DNA from: an uncultured Legionella sp.
GTDB taxonomy: Bacteria > Pseudomonadota > Gammaproteobacteria > Legionellales > Legionellaceae
Reading direction: 5' to 3'
DNA: 64,000 nucleotides
NCBI GenBank assembly: GCA_964625775.1
Contig: CAZVEH010000003.1
Location: 14,345-78,344, forward strand
Shown: piece by piece, positions 1 to 9,244 of the stretch
Numbering within the stretch: the first letter of the stretch is position 1
How the letters are laid out: each line of letters opens with the position of its first letter
Notes under the pieces: generated by a model
The model's input: only the letters and a program-made list of their open reading frames with translations
What the model was told of the DNA's origin: nothing
Databases searched by the model: none
Program-made: the position numbers and the translations under genes

Positions 1-215
1 TTGCGCCATTCATGCCGTTTGACGGTGAGCTCGATTTTTGCTTTTTGAGCGTAAATCTTGATTTTTACTTTTTGTTCGGTGGTTAAATCCAATTTTTCTG
101 CGACGTTTAATACCCAATCTTCTTTGTCTATTTTGGGACAAGCAACAGCCGCGGGTACGTGAGCAACGGCAAAAGCTAATGCTAATGCAGATAAACTAAA
201 CAGTTTGACCGACAT
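1..215 (-). CDS. Periplasmic LTXXQ-motif protein (Spy/CpxP-like); only the 5' part is present because the gene runs off the left edge
   Basis: Absent from the ORF track because it is truncated. Reverse translation from the ATG at 215-213 gives MSVKLFSLSALALAFAVAHVPAAVACPKIDKEDWVLNVAEKLDLTTEQKVKIKIYAQKAKIELTVKRHEWR... AGGAG (CTCCT at 223-227 on +) lies 7 nt upstream. The N-terminus looks like a signal peptide. LDLTTEQ fits the LTXXQ motif. Confidence 0.5.
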   Translation of the reverse strand, partial: MSVKLFSLSALALAFAVAHVPAAVACPKIDKEDWVLNVAEKLDLTTEQKVKIKIYAQKAKIELTVKRHEWR

Positions 216-485
216 GATTTATCTCCTGGTTTGAGTCATAACCCATTATGACTATAGGATATCCTAGGGGGATTGACAACTCAGGTTTATGGTCATTTTG
301 TGGGACCAATATTGGCGATTGTAAGTATGGCATCGTTTGTGTTTCGACCGAACTAGGGTGAGTAGATCTGCCGGTATGGGCCGGCGGATATCTACTCAAC
401 TAAAAATTTGCTAGCCATGATCTTCCTGATTTGAGATGTTCATCGCAATTGCATCGTTCTTTCTGCGTCAACGAGCAGGAAGACA

Positions 486-740
486 TTAGTCTGGAATACA
501 TGAGCATGTTGCTTTTGCTATAGTTCCTGGTGTTATTTGGGTTTCTGGGGGTATGCTAGGATTTGTACAAGAATTGTAACTCATTTTCGCAGCCGCGCAT
601 GCTATCTTACAAGGAGTTTCACAATCTTCAATCTTGTAGGGACTCACATTTTTGCTAGTCAAGGGTGAAGCGATTACAGCTATAACAGCCAGTACAATCA
701 CAATTTCTACCAAAGTAAATCCTTTATTAGACAAGTTCAT
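486..740 (-). CDS. Very small prepilin-type protein (N-terminal cleavage/methylation motif) with a Cys-rich C-terminal part
   Basis: MNLSNKG|FTLVEIVIVLAVIAVIA is a class III (type IV pilin / pseudopilin) signal with Glu at +5. GAGGGG lies 8 nt upstream of the ATG. The mature part is about 77 aa with 6 Cys. Confidence 0.6.
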   Translation of the reverse strand: MNLSNKGFTLVEIVIVLAVIAVIASPLTSKNVSPYKIEDCETPCKIACAAAKMSYNSCTNPSIPPETQITPGTIAKATCSCIPD

Positions 741-1029
741 TTATGACCCCTCTGATTTGGTTATATTTAAATATAGTACTGTATCAGAATAAAGCAATAT
801 TTTTCCTGGTCACTCATACTGGAACCTGGCACTAGCTTTAGCGTCAGAGCCACGATGAAAAATTAGTTTTTGAGAAGCAGCTGTACAGTTGGATGATGAT
901 GCAAGAAGAACATGAACTATGGAAAGTTAGAAAAAAAGCAAACCTTAATTGTGTTAGTGTTATTTATCCTACTGCGCCTATATGGATATAATTTAACCAT
1001 TTTTAAGATCGGTCGGTTCATCAGATGTT

Positions 1030-1959
1030 TTACAAGTTAAAATGGTGGTTCATGCTTGCGCGAATCATGTTTCCACTGAAACGAGTGGACGCTTGAGAAG
1101 CAACCGTTGCAATTGGTCCAACCAGAGGAATTTCAATCGACGTGGGACTTAAAGCATAACTGACTTGACCTAAGTCATAATAGAGGTATTCAAGCTTTGC
1201 ACTCCAATTTGACATAAACCTCCACTCCACGTCGGCACCTGCAGTCCAGCCACATCGTGTGCTCGAGTAACTTCCAGAACTGAGCGTTTGGGGTACCAAA
1301 GAGGATGTCGGGGGAAAAAGCGTGCTTTCATTGTTTGTTTGAGTGATCGATGTTGATGATGATACGCCGCCATAGGCGAGTCCTCCTGTCCCATGGAGTA
1401 CTAATGTGGGCGTGACCAGTCCGCCTAGTCGTCCACGAAGCGTGCCAAGATACTCAGTGCGCTTACTACTATTCAACGAAGTTACAACATATATGCCAGG
1501 AGCGTAGACGAGGCTTCCTGAGTCAAAAGATCCAACTAATGGTACAATAGTAGACGTTTGTCCGTTATTATTGCCAGACCCAATACCTTGAAAGTCTGCC
1601 TCAAATCCGCCTATCCAGCGGTCTGTAAATTGCCAATTGTATCCAATTTGACCTCCTCCAATGAACCCTGCGTTATTTATAGCGGGGGTGCCAGATGCGC
1701 CCTGTGCTGATTGAACACCCGTATAGGTGGCTCCTTCAGGGAATAAAGGAGTTTGTGAACCTGGGACGAAAGATGATACGATCCTCATTTGGGTATCGGC
1801 ACTCCAAATTCCACCACCGTTTAGACCCGCATACAAGCCTGTCCACTTCGAAAAAGCTTCTGAAACTTGTGTGCTAGACAGAACGTCGCTGAAAGCTGAT
1901 CCGTTGGAAAATGCCAACGCCAGTAGAGTGGTGGAGACAAGCGTATTTTTTATTATCAT
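1030..1959 (-). CDS. Outer-membrane beta-barrel protein (porin / OmpA-like barrel family)
   Basis: Internal Met gives MIIKNTLVSTTLLALAFSNGSAFS, a signal peptide. The rest has alternating Gly/aromatic-rich beta-strand-like segments (GLYAGLNGGGIW, GFIGGGQIGYNWQF, WSAKLEYLYYDLG) and an aromatic-rich C-terminal strand. The ORF-track start at 2010 is probably an upstream in-frame extension. Confidence 0.65.
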   Translation of the reverse strand: MIIKNTLVSTTLLALAFSNGSAFSDVLSSTQVSEAFSKWTGLYAGLNGGGIWSADTQMRIVSSFVPGSQTPLFPEGATYTGVQSAQGASGTPAINNAGFIGGGQIGYNWQFTDRWIGGFEADFQGIGSGNNNGQTSTIVPLVGSFDSGSLVYAPGIYVVTSLNSSKRTEYLGTLRGRLGGLVTPTLVLHGTGGLAYGGVSSSTSITQTNNESTLFPPTSSLVPQTLSSGSYSSTRCGWTAGADVEWRFMSNWSAKLEYLYYDLGQVSYALSPTSIEIPLVGPIATVASQASTRFSGNMIRASMNHHFNL

Positions 1960-2283
1960 TGTTTCAGTCCATTGAGTCGTTAGGGGATCTCGTGTTGTCG
2001 ACGAAGTCATTCAACTTGGTATAAATTTATACTGTCATATTTGATGCTATCATACTACTGTCAGATTGGGGAGATGTTTTGCACCGATCAAGATGTCATT
2101 ATCGCGCATGTGGGAATCCATGTGTGGCAAAGTAATGAGCAAGTGAAGATGGATGTCGACCTGAGCAGGCATGACACATATGAGATCTAACACAATCAAA
2201 GCATGATTTTGCCTTGTTGATGGACAGTAATTCAGGGCAAACGTATCTAAATATTGAACATTAAGCCATCTTTTTCGCCTACT

Positions 2284-2360
2284 TACCGTGCTTTATGCAC
2301 GGTATCCAGACGATCTTGATTCGAGATTGAAACTGGATTCCGCGCATAAAGCGAGGAATG
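2284..2360. repeat. Nested-palindrome intergenic repeat (degenerate copy), in the long rpsB upstream region
   Basis: taccgtgctttatgcacggtatccag ... ctggattccgcgcataaagcgaggaatg. Two arm hairpins are joined by ATCCAG/CTGGAT. The architecture matches 5605-5693 and 55299-55380. Confidence 0.5.
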
Positions 2361-2567
2361 TAGACACTGGTTATACGATATTTATTTTGATGCGGTTGCC
2401 CTCGACAGTTATTCTTTAGATTGCAGTATCTCTTGCAATATGCTATAAATACGGCGATTTTAACGACACACACGATTCGTCACATGCGTCAGGGTCTTTA
2501 AGCTTGATTCAATCACTGTTTAAAGTGCCGCATGGGAATTGTGGAGGTTTAACCCGGAGAGGAAATA

Positions 2568-3287
2568 ATGACTGTTAGCATGAAAGAATTGTTAGAAGCG
2601 GGTGCTCATTTTGGGCATAAAACACGCTATTGGAATCCCAAAATGGCCGAATATATTTTCGGTTCTCGTAACAAAATTCATATTATTGATCTTGAAAAAA
2701 CCATGCCACTTTTGTCTGATGCTTTGAACTATATCAGCAAGTTAGCATCTCGCAAAGCTAAAATTTTAATCGTGGGCACCAAACGAGCAGCTCAAGAAAG
2801 CGTGCGTCAACATGCGAAGCGTTGCGGTATGCCTTATGTTGATCACCGTTGGTTAGGTGGTATGTTGACAAATTATAAAACAGTTCGTCAGTCTATTTTT
2901 CGATTGAAAGAATTGAAAAAATTGCGTGATGAAGGCGCATTTCAACACATGATTAAGAAAGAAGCCTTGATGTTGACGCGTGAGCTTGAAAAATTAGAAC
3001 GTAGCTTGGGTGGTATAGAAGACATGGGCGGCTTGCCTGATGCTTTATTTGTTGTTGACGTTGGATTTGAGCACATTGCTGTTGAAGAAGCGCGTCGTTT
3101 GAAGATTCCTGTGATTGGTATTGTGGATACGAATAACGATCCAGACAAAATAGATTATATTATTCCAGGCAATGATGACTCTATGCGTGCTATTAATATC
3201 TATTTGTCGAGTGTTGCAGATGCCATACTTGATGCTGGTCAATCCACAGGTCGTGGTGCCGCAGAATCTGAATTTATTGAAGTTTAA
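2568..3287 (+). CDS. rpsB: 30S ribosomal protein S2
   Basis: N-terminus [22 protein letters not shown], length 239 aa, followed by tsf. GGAGAGG lies upstream. Confidence 0.97.
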   Translation: MTVSMKELLEAGAHFGHKTRYWNPKMAEYIFGSRNKIHIIDLEKTMPLLSDALNYISKLASRKAKILIVGTKRAAQESVRQHAKRCGMPYVDHRWLGGMLTNYKTVRQSIFRLKELKKLRDEGAFQHMIKKEALMLTRELEKLERSLGGIEDMGGLPDALFVVDVGFEHIAVEEARRLKIPVIGIVDTNNDPDKIDYIIPGNDDSMRAINIYLSSVADAILDAGQSTGRGAAESEFIEV

Positions 3288-3303
3288 GTCCGGAGAATTA
3301 AGT

Positions 3304-4194
3304 ATGACAGTAAGTGCTGCAATGGTAATGAGTCTCCGCGAGCGAACAGGCGCGGGGATGATGGAATGTAAGAAATTTTTAGTCGCTGCTGGTGGTGATA
3401 TTGAATTGGCCATTACTGAAATGCGCAAAGCAGGACAAGCCAAAGCCGATAAAAAATCTGACCGTGTTGCTGCAGAAGGTGTGATATTGGTAGCGCGTAG
3501 CCCCGATCTTCGTCATGCAGTGATTCTTGAAATCAACAGTGAAACAGATTTTGTTGCGCGGGATGAGAATTTCACTGGGTTTGCACAAGCTGTGGTGGAT
3601 ACAGCGTTGCAAAGCAATGCTCAAACGATTGATGAACTAAGCCAGCAAACATTGGCGGGACAGAGTGTTACTGTAGAACAAGCCCGTCAACAGTTGGTCG
3701 CTAAGATTGGCGAAAACATCAAATTACGTCGTTTGGAACATGTGCATTGTGCTGAAGATGGTGTTGCTGGCTTCTACTTGCACGGCAGTCGTATTGGTGT
3801 GTTGGTCTCTTTGCAAAAAGGCGACAATGAATTAGGGCGTGATCTGGCGATGCATATAGCAGCGAGTCGACCTATGGTTGTGCAGCGCGAAGATGTGGAC
3901 AAGCAATCCATTGATCGTGAACGTGAGATTTTTATTGCACAAGCGCGTGAAAGCGGTAAGCCACAAGACATCATTGATAAAATGATTGATGGTCGTATTA
4001 GCAAATTTCTAGATGAAGTGAGTTTATATGGTCAATCATTTGTCAAAGATCCCAATACCAAAGTAGGGCAATTACTTAAACAAAAACAAGTCAATGTTCT
4101 GTCTTTCATCCGTTTTGAAGTGGGTGAAGGGATTGAAAAGAAAGAAGATAATTTTGTCGAAGAAGTGATGGCTCAGGTACGCGAAACATCATGA
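3304..4194 (+). CDS. tsf: Elongation factor Ts
   Basis: [26 protein letters not shown] is the UBA-like EF-Ts N-terminus. GGAG precedes the ATG at 3304. The ORF-track start at 3172 overlaps rpsB and is not credible. Confidence 0.95.
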   Translation: MTVSAAMVMSLRERTGAGMMECKKFLVAAGGDIELAITEMRKAGQAKADKKSDRVAAEGVILVARSPDLRHAVILEINSETDFVARDENFTGFAQAVVDTALQSNAQTIDELSQQTLAGQSVTVEQARQQLVAKIGENIKLRRLEHVHCAEDGVAGFYLHGSRIGVLVSLQKGDNELGRDLAMHIAASRPMVVQREDVDKQSIDREREIFIAQARESGKPQDIIDKMIDGRISKFLDEVSLYGQSFVKDPNTKVGQLLKQKQVNVLSFIRFEVGEGIEKKEDNFVEEVMAQVRETS

Positions 4195-4928
4195 GCGATA
4201 CCAAACCTCTAAAATACAAACGCATCTTACTCAAGTGTAGTGGTGAGGCATTGATGGGGCAATTGCAATTTGGAATTGACCCCGCTATTTTGGACAGTTT
4301 GGCGCGTGATATTGCTGAGTTGATCAGCATGGGTGTTGAAGTTGGCTTGGTGATTGGCGGAGGAAATTTATTCCGTGGAAAAGCCTTATCAGCCGTTGGC
4401 TTAGGTCGAGTCACCGGCGATCATATGGGCATGTTGGCCACAGTGATGAATGCTTTGGCCGTGCGTGATGCGTTGGAGCGTATTGATTTGCCTGCACGCA
4501 TCATGTCCGCGATTCCGATGTTGGGTGTGGTTGATCCTTATCATCGACGCAAAGCCATAACCCATTTACGCAATGGCCATGTGGTGATCTTCGCAGCAGG
4601 TATTGGTAATCCATTTTTTACCACAGACACAGCGGCCTGTTTGCGTGCTATTGAAGTGGGCGCAGATATTGTACTCAAAGCGACAAAAGTAGATGGCATT
4701 TATTCTAGCGATCCGGTGCGCAATCCTGATGCCATCAAATATGAGTTTTTAACCTATCGCGACGTTTTAAGCAAAGGGTTGGAAGTGATGGATCTGACAG
4801 CCATTTGTTTATGCCAAGATCAACATATGCCGTTACAAGTATTTAATATGGCCACACCGTCTGTGCTGAAAAGAATTGTAATGGGCGAATCCATTGGCAC
4901 CATAGTAGGAGATGATAATGATCGATAA
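4191..4928 (+). CDS. pyrH: UMP kinase
   Basis: [12 protein letters not shown] ... GGGNLFRG ... [16 protein letters not shown] overlap with the tsf stop. Conserved rpsB-tsf-pyrH-frr order. Confidence 0.95.
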   Translation: MSDTKPLKYKRILLKCSGEALMGQLQFGIDPAILDSLARDIAELISMGVEVGLVIGGGNLFRGKALSAVGLGRVTGDHMGMLATVMNALAVRDALERIDLPARIMSAIPMLGVVDPYHRRKAITHLRNGHVVIFAAGIGNPFFTTDTAACLRAIEVGADIVLKATKVDGIYSSDPVRNPDAIKYEFLTYRDVLSKGLEVMDLTAICLCQDQHMPLQVFNMATPSVLKRIVMGESIGTIVGDDNDR

Positions 4929-5466
4929 TATCAAATCAGATGCTGAAAAAAAGATGAAAAAAGCTGTGGAATCTTTGCAGCATGAGATGTCTAAGGTCAG
5001 AACTGGCAGAGCAAGTGCAGGATTGTTAGATCATGTTCAAGTGGATTATTATGGTAACTTGACGCCGATTAATCAGGTGGCTTCAGTGACTCATTCAGAC
5101 TCTCGAACGTTACTGGTAACGCCGTTTGAAAAAACGATGGCGGCAGCGATTGAAAAAGCAATATTGACGTCAGATTTGGGATTGAACCCTGCGTCTACAG
5201 GTAATGCGATTCGCGTACCTATGCCTCCATTGACGGAAGAACGACGTAAGGACTTGATTAAGGTTGTGCGTGCTGAAGCCGAGCAAGGCCGCGTGACCAT
5301 ACGTAATATTCGACGTGACGCCAATCAACAATTAAAAGAACTCAAAACCATTTCTGAAGACGATGAGCGTCGTGCTAATGATATGGTGCAGAAGATGACT
5401 GACAAATATAGTGCTGAAATTGACGCTGTTTTGGCGCAAAAAGAAAAAGATTTGATGGAAATTTGA
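4918..5466 (+). CDS. frr: Ribosome recycling factor
   Basis: [38 protein letters not shown] at 4907-4911 is 6 nt from the ATG at 4918. The ATG at 4912 is an alternative start with no spacing to the SD. Confidence 0.93.
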   Translation: MIDNIKSDAEKKMKKAVESLQHEMSKVRTGRASAGLLDHVQVDYYGNLTPINQVASVTHSDSRTLLVTPFEKTMAAAIEKAILTSDLGLNPASTGNAIRVPMPPLTEERRKDLIKVVRAEAEQGRVTIRNIRRDANQQLKELKTISEDDERRANDMVQKMTDKYSAEIDAVLAQKEKDLMEI

Positions 5467-5604
5467 TTCTATCAATCCGTCCAACGCTTGGTTTATGCCT
5501 ACTGTGTATCGTGAACAAAGACCAATGTCTTGCGACCTTGGTCTTTGGCAGGGCAAGATCATACCATTTAGACCAAAATATATTATGCAATAATGAGTCA
5601 CTTA

Positions 5605-5693
5605 GTGTCATTCCCGCGCAGGCGGGAATCTATTCTTGAGTTGGCACATCACTTTGTTTCAAGGATAGATTCCCGCCTGCGCGGGAACGACAC
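5605..5693. repeat. 89-bp nested-palindrome repeat between the convergent genes frr and the 864-aa ORFan; possible bidirectional terminator
   Basis: The 29-nt arms gtgtcattcccgcgcaggcgggaatctat (5605-5633) and atagattcccgcctgcgcgggaacgacac (5665-5693) are reverse complements with 1 mismatch. Each arm contains its own hairpin, ttcccgc-gcag-gcgggaa. Confidence 0.8.
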
Positions 5694-5761
5694 AATTTGT
5701 GTTTCATAAGAGCAATGCATGAGGTTGCCCTTGGTCTTTGGAAGACAGTCTTGAGCAGGCC

Positions 5762-8356
5762 TTATTTTTTAGGGCTCAATGTTGAGCTCGGAGAATCGTG
5801 TAACTTTGTGATTTCTTTCAATTCTAATAAACATTGCTTTACAGCCCCGATGATCGGATGATCGTCTAGAGTAACCAGGGTCGGTTTAAGTTTTATATAA
5901 AAATCATTTAATAATTTCTTCATTTCTGCTTCGCTTTTCTGCGGTGAAAATTCTCTGATAATAGCTTCTACATCAAAGTCATGGAGTAATGCCACCAAAG
6001 TTTCGTGTTCTTGTTTGTTATCATTCGATGCATGCTGTTTTAGTTTTTCAGTATAAGCGTCTATGAGGCGTGCAATCTCTCGTATGTTGTACACTCTTCT
6101 ATTCTTTATTGCATTGGTTACTGAGCTAGAGCGGCTCTGCGTTTTTGCCAAAAGCTCTTTTTGTCGCTCCAGGGTTTGTTGCAACTCTTGTTGAAACATA
6201 GATTTTGCTGGCGCAGTGTCGATAGCAACATAAGTTTCTTTGCTGCGTGTGGTTTCTATCAAAAACTCTACGGCTTGTCGGATGGGGTGATGCTCATCCA
6301 ATTGCTCGAGTTTTTTCTGCATCTGTGCCAACGTGTCTTTGTTACAGTTGTCTGCAATATCCAGTAAGAAGGTGGCAATGTCTTTTAATAATTGACGATA
6401 ATGTGGGCTCAAGGAGTCTGGTTCTGAGAGAACTTCGATATAACGCGTAATATGCCCCAGGATATCCATCGTGATACTTTGTTTGTTCTCATCGGAAGGG
6501 TTTTTATCCGTGCATGCAATTTTATAGATGTTTATCGCTTCTAACATCTTTTTATACAGCTGACTGATGGTTTTTTCTTGTTTCGCTGTAGGCTGAAAGA
6601 ATGTAGGGCGAGGATTATCTTGATTTATGAGCAATTCATCTGATTCGATAACTGGTTTTTTACGGGCTTTGATTTGCAATTCTTCTGCATTTACGCTGAT
6701 GTCCATCAATTCTTTGATCAAAGACGCCAATCTGGGGTTTTCTTTATAATAATTAGGGTTACGTCGAATCGCTCTTTCGATTCTGCTCAAATTCTTCCAA
6801 GTTGGGTAAGACAGGAAGTCATTTAGGGCTTTAGCAAGATCTTTATAAGGTTCGGATGCTGGATCAGACGACTTTTGTATGGAGACAAGCTCTTTTAAAT
6901 ACTCAGTCATGAGCTTGTAACATACCCCATGTGGAAAATAAAACATATTTTTGGCTTGTTCTAACTCCAATTGCTTGATGGCTTCAGGGTAAAGTGACTT
7001 CAAATAGCGTGCAGTATCTTGTTGGTAGCTAGCGCTTTCTGGATCCGAGCAAAATTCGTAAAGATTTTTTAAACTCTCTCCGGAGTTTGTCGTCCAAAAG
7101 TCTCCAAGAAGATTGGTGAAATGTGTTTGCTGATTGTATTTAGGCACGGTGATTTCTAGGTATTGATCGAGTTTTTTGAGTTTGCTGTCAAGCTCTTGTC
7201 GGGCTTTGTAATCAACAAGAGGCAAAAGTTCTGCTCTTTTCCGCTCATACTCTTCACGCTTGTGATGAGCGTTCTCTATTTTTTTAGATAAAGTTTTATT
7301 TTCAGTGAAAAGCGCATGTCCCAACTTGCGAATGGCATCACGCATTTCAGTTGCACTCAATTGATTCAGAATATCTTTATGAAATGCATCCAATGGATGT
7401 TTCACTTCAGGGTATAGTTCTTGCAGTGTGATGAGCGTACCCTCAAGAGCGACAGTGCTTTCATTTTGGGCTAATGTCGCTTTATATTGATACTCTGTGA
7501 TTTGACGTACCAATTCAAACAGGGTGGTATGAGTCGGGTTTTTTTGAAATTCAGCATAGGCTTGTTGAAATGTTGGATGAGCATAAGACGAAAGAGTGCG
7601 GCTCATCGTGTCGTGTTTTTGAAGTAGCCTGCTATATACTGCTTTATTGTCACGCAAACGCTGTAATTGATCATCGCTGACTGCTTCATATGTTGGCCCT
7701 GTGTCTTGCCATTGTTTATGAAATTTTTTGTTTATTTGTTCTAACTCAGAGATTTGTTCTTCATAATCTTCGTTAAGTTGTCTTCCTATCTCTAAGCCTT
7801 GATCAAGCTTGTTGTCTGGATAAAAATAGCGGTAAATTCCGACTGCTATGGGAAAATATTGCAGTAAAAAATATAAAATTTGCGGTATAACGATATTTTG
7901 TATGCTTGATTCTAAGCGAGAAATAGATGCTTGTAGCTCTTCTAACCTTTCTTGGTGGGCTTGTTTGGCCTGACGATATAATTCAACATGAGCTAAAAAC
8001 TCGCCGTCTTGACGATTATAACGTTCGATCAAAGATATAATGGGCGAGTTGCTGTGTTCTATGCGCGGCATCACCGCAGGTTGATGATAATCATTTAATA
8101 ACAGAGCTTCTGACTTAAATTGACGAATGTTTTGCAGGTACTTAAAGTAAGCATCATCGCGTCTAAAATAATCATCAGCCATTTCTTGAACAGGTGTTGT
8201 GGCGTTAGATATTTTTTCTTGTTTATGTTTAAAAAGTTCTAAATAGTCAGATTGTTGTGATTCAGCTTTTGTAAGATGCTCGTTTATTTTTCGGGGATCA
8301 TTGATGATTTCGGACTGTAATATTGTCTTATTCACGCTCATGGCGACACCATACAA
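5762..8356 (-). CDS. Large (about 860 aa) helical ORFan with degenerate internal repeats and one hydrophobic segment; effector-like
   Basis: Long uninterrupted ORF. No family recognised. Alternative start at Met6 (8341). The sequence is Lys/Glu/Gln-rich and helix-prone. Hydrophobic stretch IVIPQILYFLLQYFPIAVGIYRYFY. Recurring motifs are described in the findings. Confidence 0.6.
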   Translation of the reverse strand: MYGVAMSVNKTILQSEIINDPRKINEHLTKAESQQSDYLELFKHKQEKISNATTPVQEMADDYFRRDDAYFKYLQNIRQFKSEALLLNDYHQPAVMPRIEHSNSPIISLIERYNRQDGEFLAHVELYRQAKQAHQERLEELQASISRLESSIQNIVIPQILYFLLQYFPIAVGIYRYFYPDNKLDQGLEIGRQLNEDYEEQISELEQINKKFHKQWQDTGPTYEAVSDDQLQRLRDNKAVYSRLLQKHDTMSRTLSSYAHPTFQQAYAEFQKNPTHTTLFELVRQITEYQYKATLAQNESTVALEGTLITLQELYPEVKHPLDAFHKDILNQLSATEMRDAIRKLGHALFTENKTLSKKIENAHHKREEYERKRAELLPLVDYKARQELDSKLKKLDQYLEITVPKYNQQTHFTNLLGDFWTTNSGESLKNLYEFCSDPESASYQQDTARYLKSLYPEAIKQLELEQAKNMFYFPHGVCYKLMTEYLKELVSIQKSSDPASEPYKDLAKALNDFLSYPTWKNLSRIERAIRRNPNYYKENPRLASLIKELMDISVNAEELQIKARKKPVIESDELLINQDNPRPTFFQPTAKQEKTISQLYKKMLEAINIYKIACTDKNPSDENKQSITMDILGHITRYIEVLSEPDSLSPHYRQLLKDIATFLLDIADNCNKDTLAQMQKKLEQLDEHHPIRQAVEFLIETTRSKETYVAIDTAPAKSMFQQELQQTLERQKELLAKTQSRSSSVTNAIKNRRVYNIREIARLIDAYTEKLKQHASNDNKQEHETLVALLHDFDVEAIIREFSPQKSEAEMKKLLNDFYIKLKPTLVTLDDHPIIGAVKQCLLELKEITKLHDSPSSTLSPKK

Positions 8357-8424
8357 TTAGAGATTATTGTCCTAATTATAGTATATGTATTGATTATATC
8401 AATTAAATATAATCCATGCTGTAT

Positions 8425-9159
8425 TTATTTAATCCTACACATGTAGCCAAACACGCTATCCCAAATCAGTGTTTTGAGGTGGGGTGTTTGCTGCTGCAGC
8501 AAAGCCATGAGATACGAAAGAGAAGCACTGGCTAAGACTACCACATTGGCTGACCCAGATACTGGAATACACACAGTTGCGTGTTTAAACACGTGTCGAA
8601 TGTGTTGTAAAACAGAAAAATCCTGGTTAATGTTGACCAAATTAAGCGCTAAAATACCGTGACACGACAGCAGTCGCTGGCAATGTTGAAAAAAACCAAG
8701 TTGAGCGCATGTATTAGGGAATCCCTGAGCAGTATAAATGTCAATCAGGATATGTTGATACACGTCTGAACATTGTGTGACATAGGTATGAGCGTCTTGG
8801 TGTAAAATATTGAGATTTTTAAGCGTATTTGTCATAAAATATCGAGAGGCAATGCTAATGACCTCACTATTGGCTTCTACTGCGACCATAGAGCAGTCTT
8901 TGAGTGATGCAGCCATATGAGCCACAGCACCGCCGCCGAGGCCTAGAAGACACGTTGGGCCCGGGTGTGTCCGCAATGCTGTTGTAAAAGGTTGCAGATA
9001 AGATAGGGCGGGTTTGTGAGGTTGGTAGCGGTGTAATAAGGTTTGTAAGTTGATCTGATCTTTAAACACAAGCCAGCGATATAAGGGATTTTGGTACACG
9101 CTCAGCTCTGGAGAATGGTATATACGTTTGCCGGCCGCAGTTTTCCAATAGGTTTTCAT
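8425..9159 (-). CDS. Spermidine-synthase-like class I SAM-dependent transferase
   Basis: CLLGLGGGAVAHM (glycine-rich SAM loop), VAVEANSEVISIASRYF, ILIDIYTAQG. This resembles the spermidine synthase / PABS fold. Confidence 0.6.
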   Translation of the reverse strand: MKTYWKTAAGKRIYHSPELSVYQNPLYRWLVFKDQINLQTLLHRYQPHKPALSYLQPFTTALRTHPGPTCLLGLGGGAVAHMAASLKDCSMVAVEANSEVISIASRYFMTNTLKNLNILHQDAHTYVTQCSDVYQHILIDIYTAQGFPNTCAQLGFFQHCQRLLSCHGILALNLVNINQDFSVLQHIRHVFKHATVCIPVSGSANVVVLASASLSYLMALLQQQTPHLKTLIWDSVFGYMCRIK

Positions 9160-9244
9160 GGTAGATTAAGCAATGTCTTGCAGTGAGGTCTTGCATATAT
9201 ATCAGGACCACAGTGAAACGTCGAGCTAGAAATAGGATAATGGA

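Noticed and set aside
196..399. 67-aa minus-strand ORF from the track
   Set aside because: It has no SD and a Pro/His/Ser-rich, low-complexity translation. It overlaps the real start of the LTXXQ gene (ATG at 215) and spans a GC-rich hairpin (359-398). I treat it as non-coding.
827..842. Sigma-54-like promoter element TGGCAC-N5-TTAGC upstream region of the mini-pilin/porin genes
   Set aside because: The GG-to-GC spacing is 11 nt instead of 10. The element also points on the plus strand into the 3' end of a minus-strand gene, so it cannot drive the minus-strand pilin-like gene.
2279..2473. 64-aa minus-strand ORF upstream of rpsB
   Set aside because: It is the translation of the nested-palindrome repeat (…RGIQFQSRIKIVWIPCIKHGK). 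This is the kind of pseudo-protein such repeats typically generate. ORFs 5332-5601 and 5375-5611 are rejected for the same reason.
5611..5630. Match of ATTCCCGC....GCGGGAAT to the Neisseria dRS3 repeat (ATTCCC-N8-GGGAAT) as evidence of neisserial origin or phage integration sites
   Set aside because: The gene content and protein sequences are gammaproteobacterial (Legionellales-like). A short GC hairpin can arise convergently. No associated neisserial-type mosaic elements or phage genes are present.
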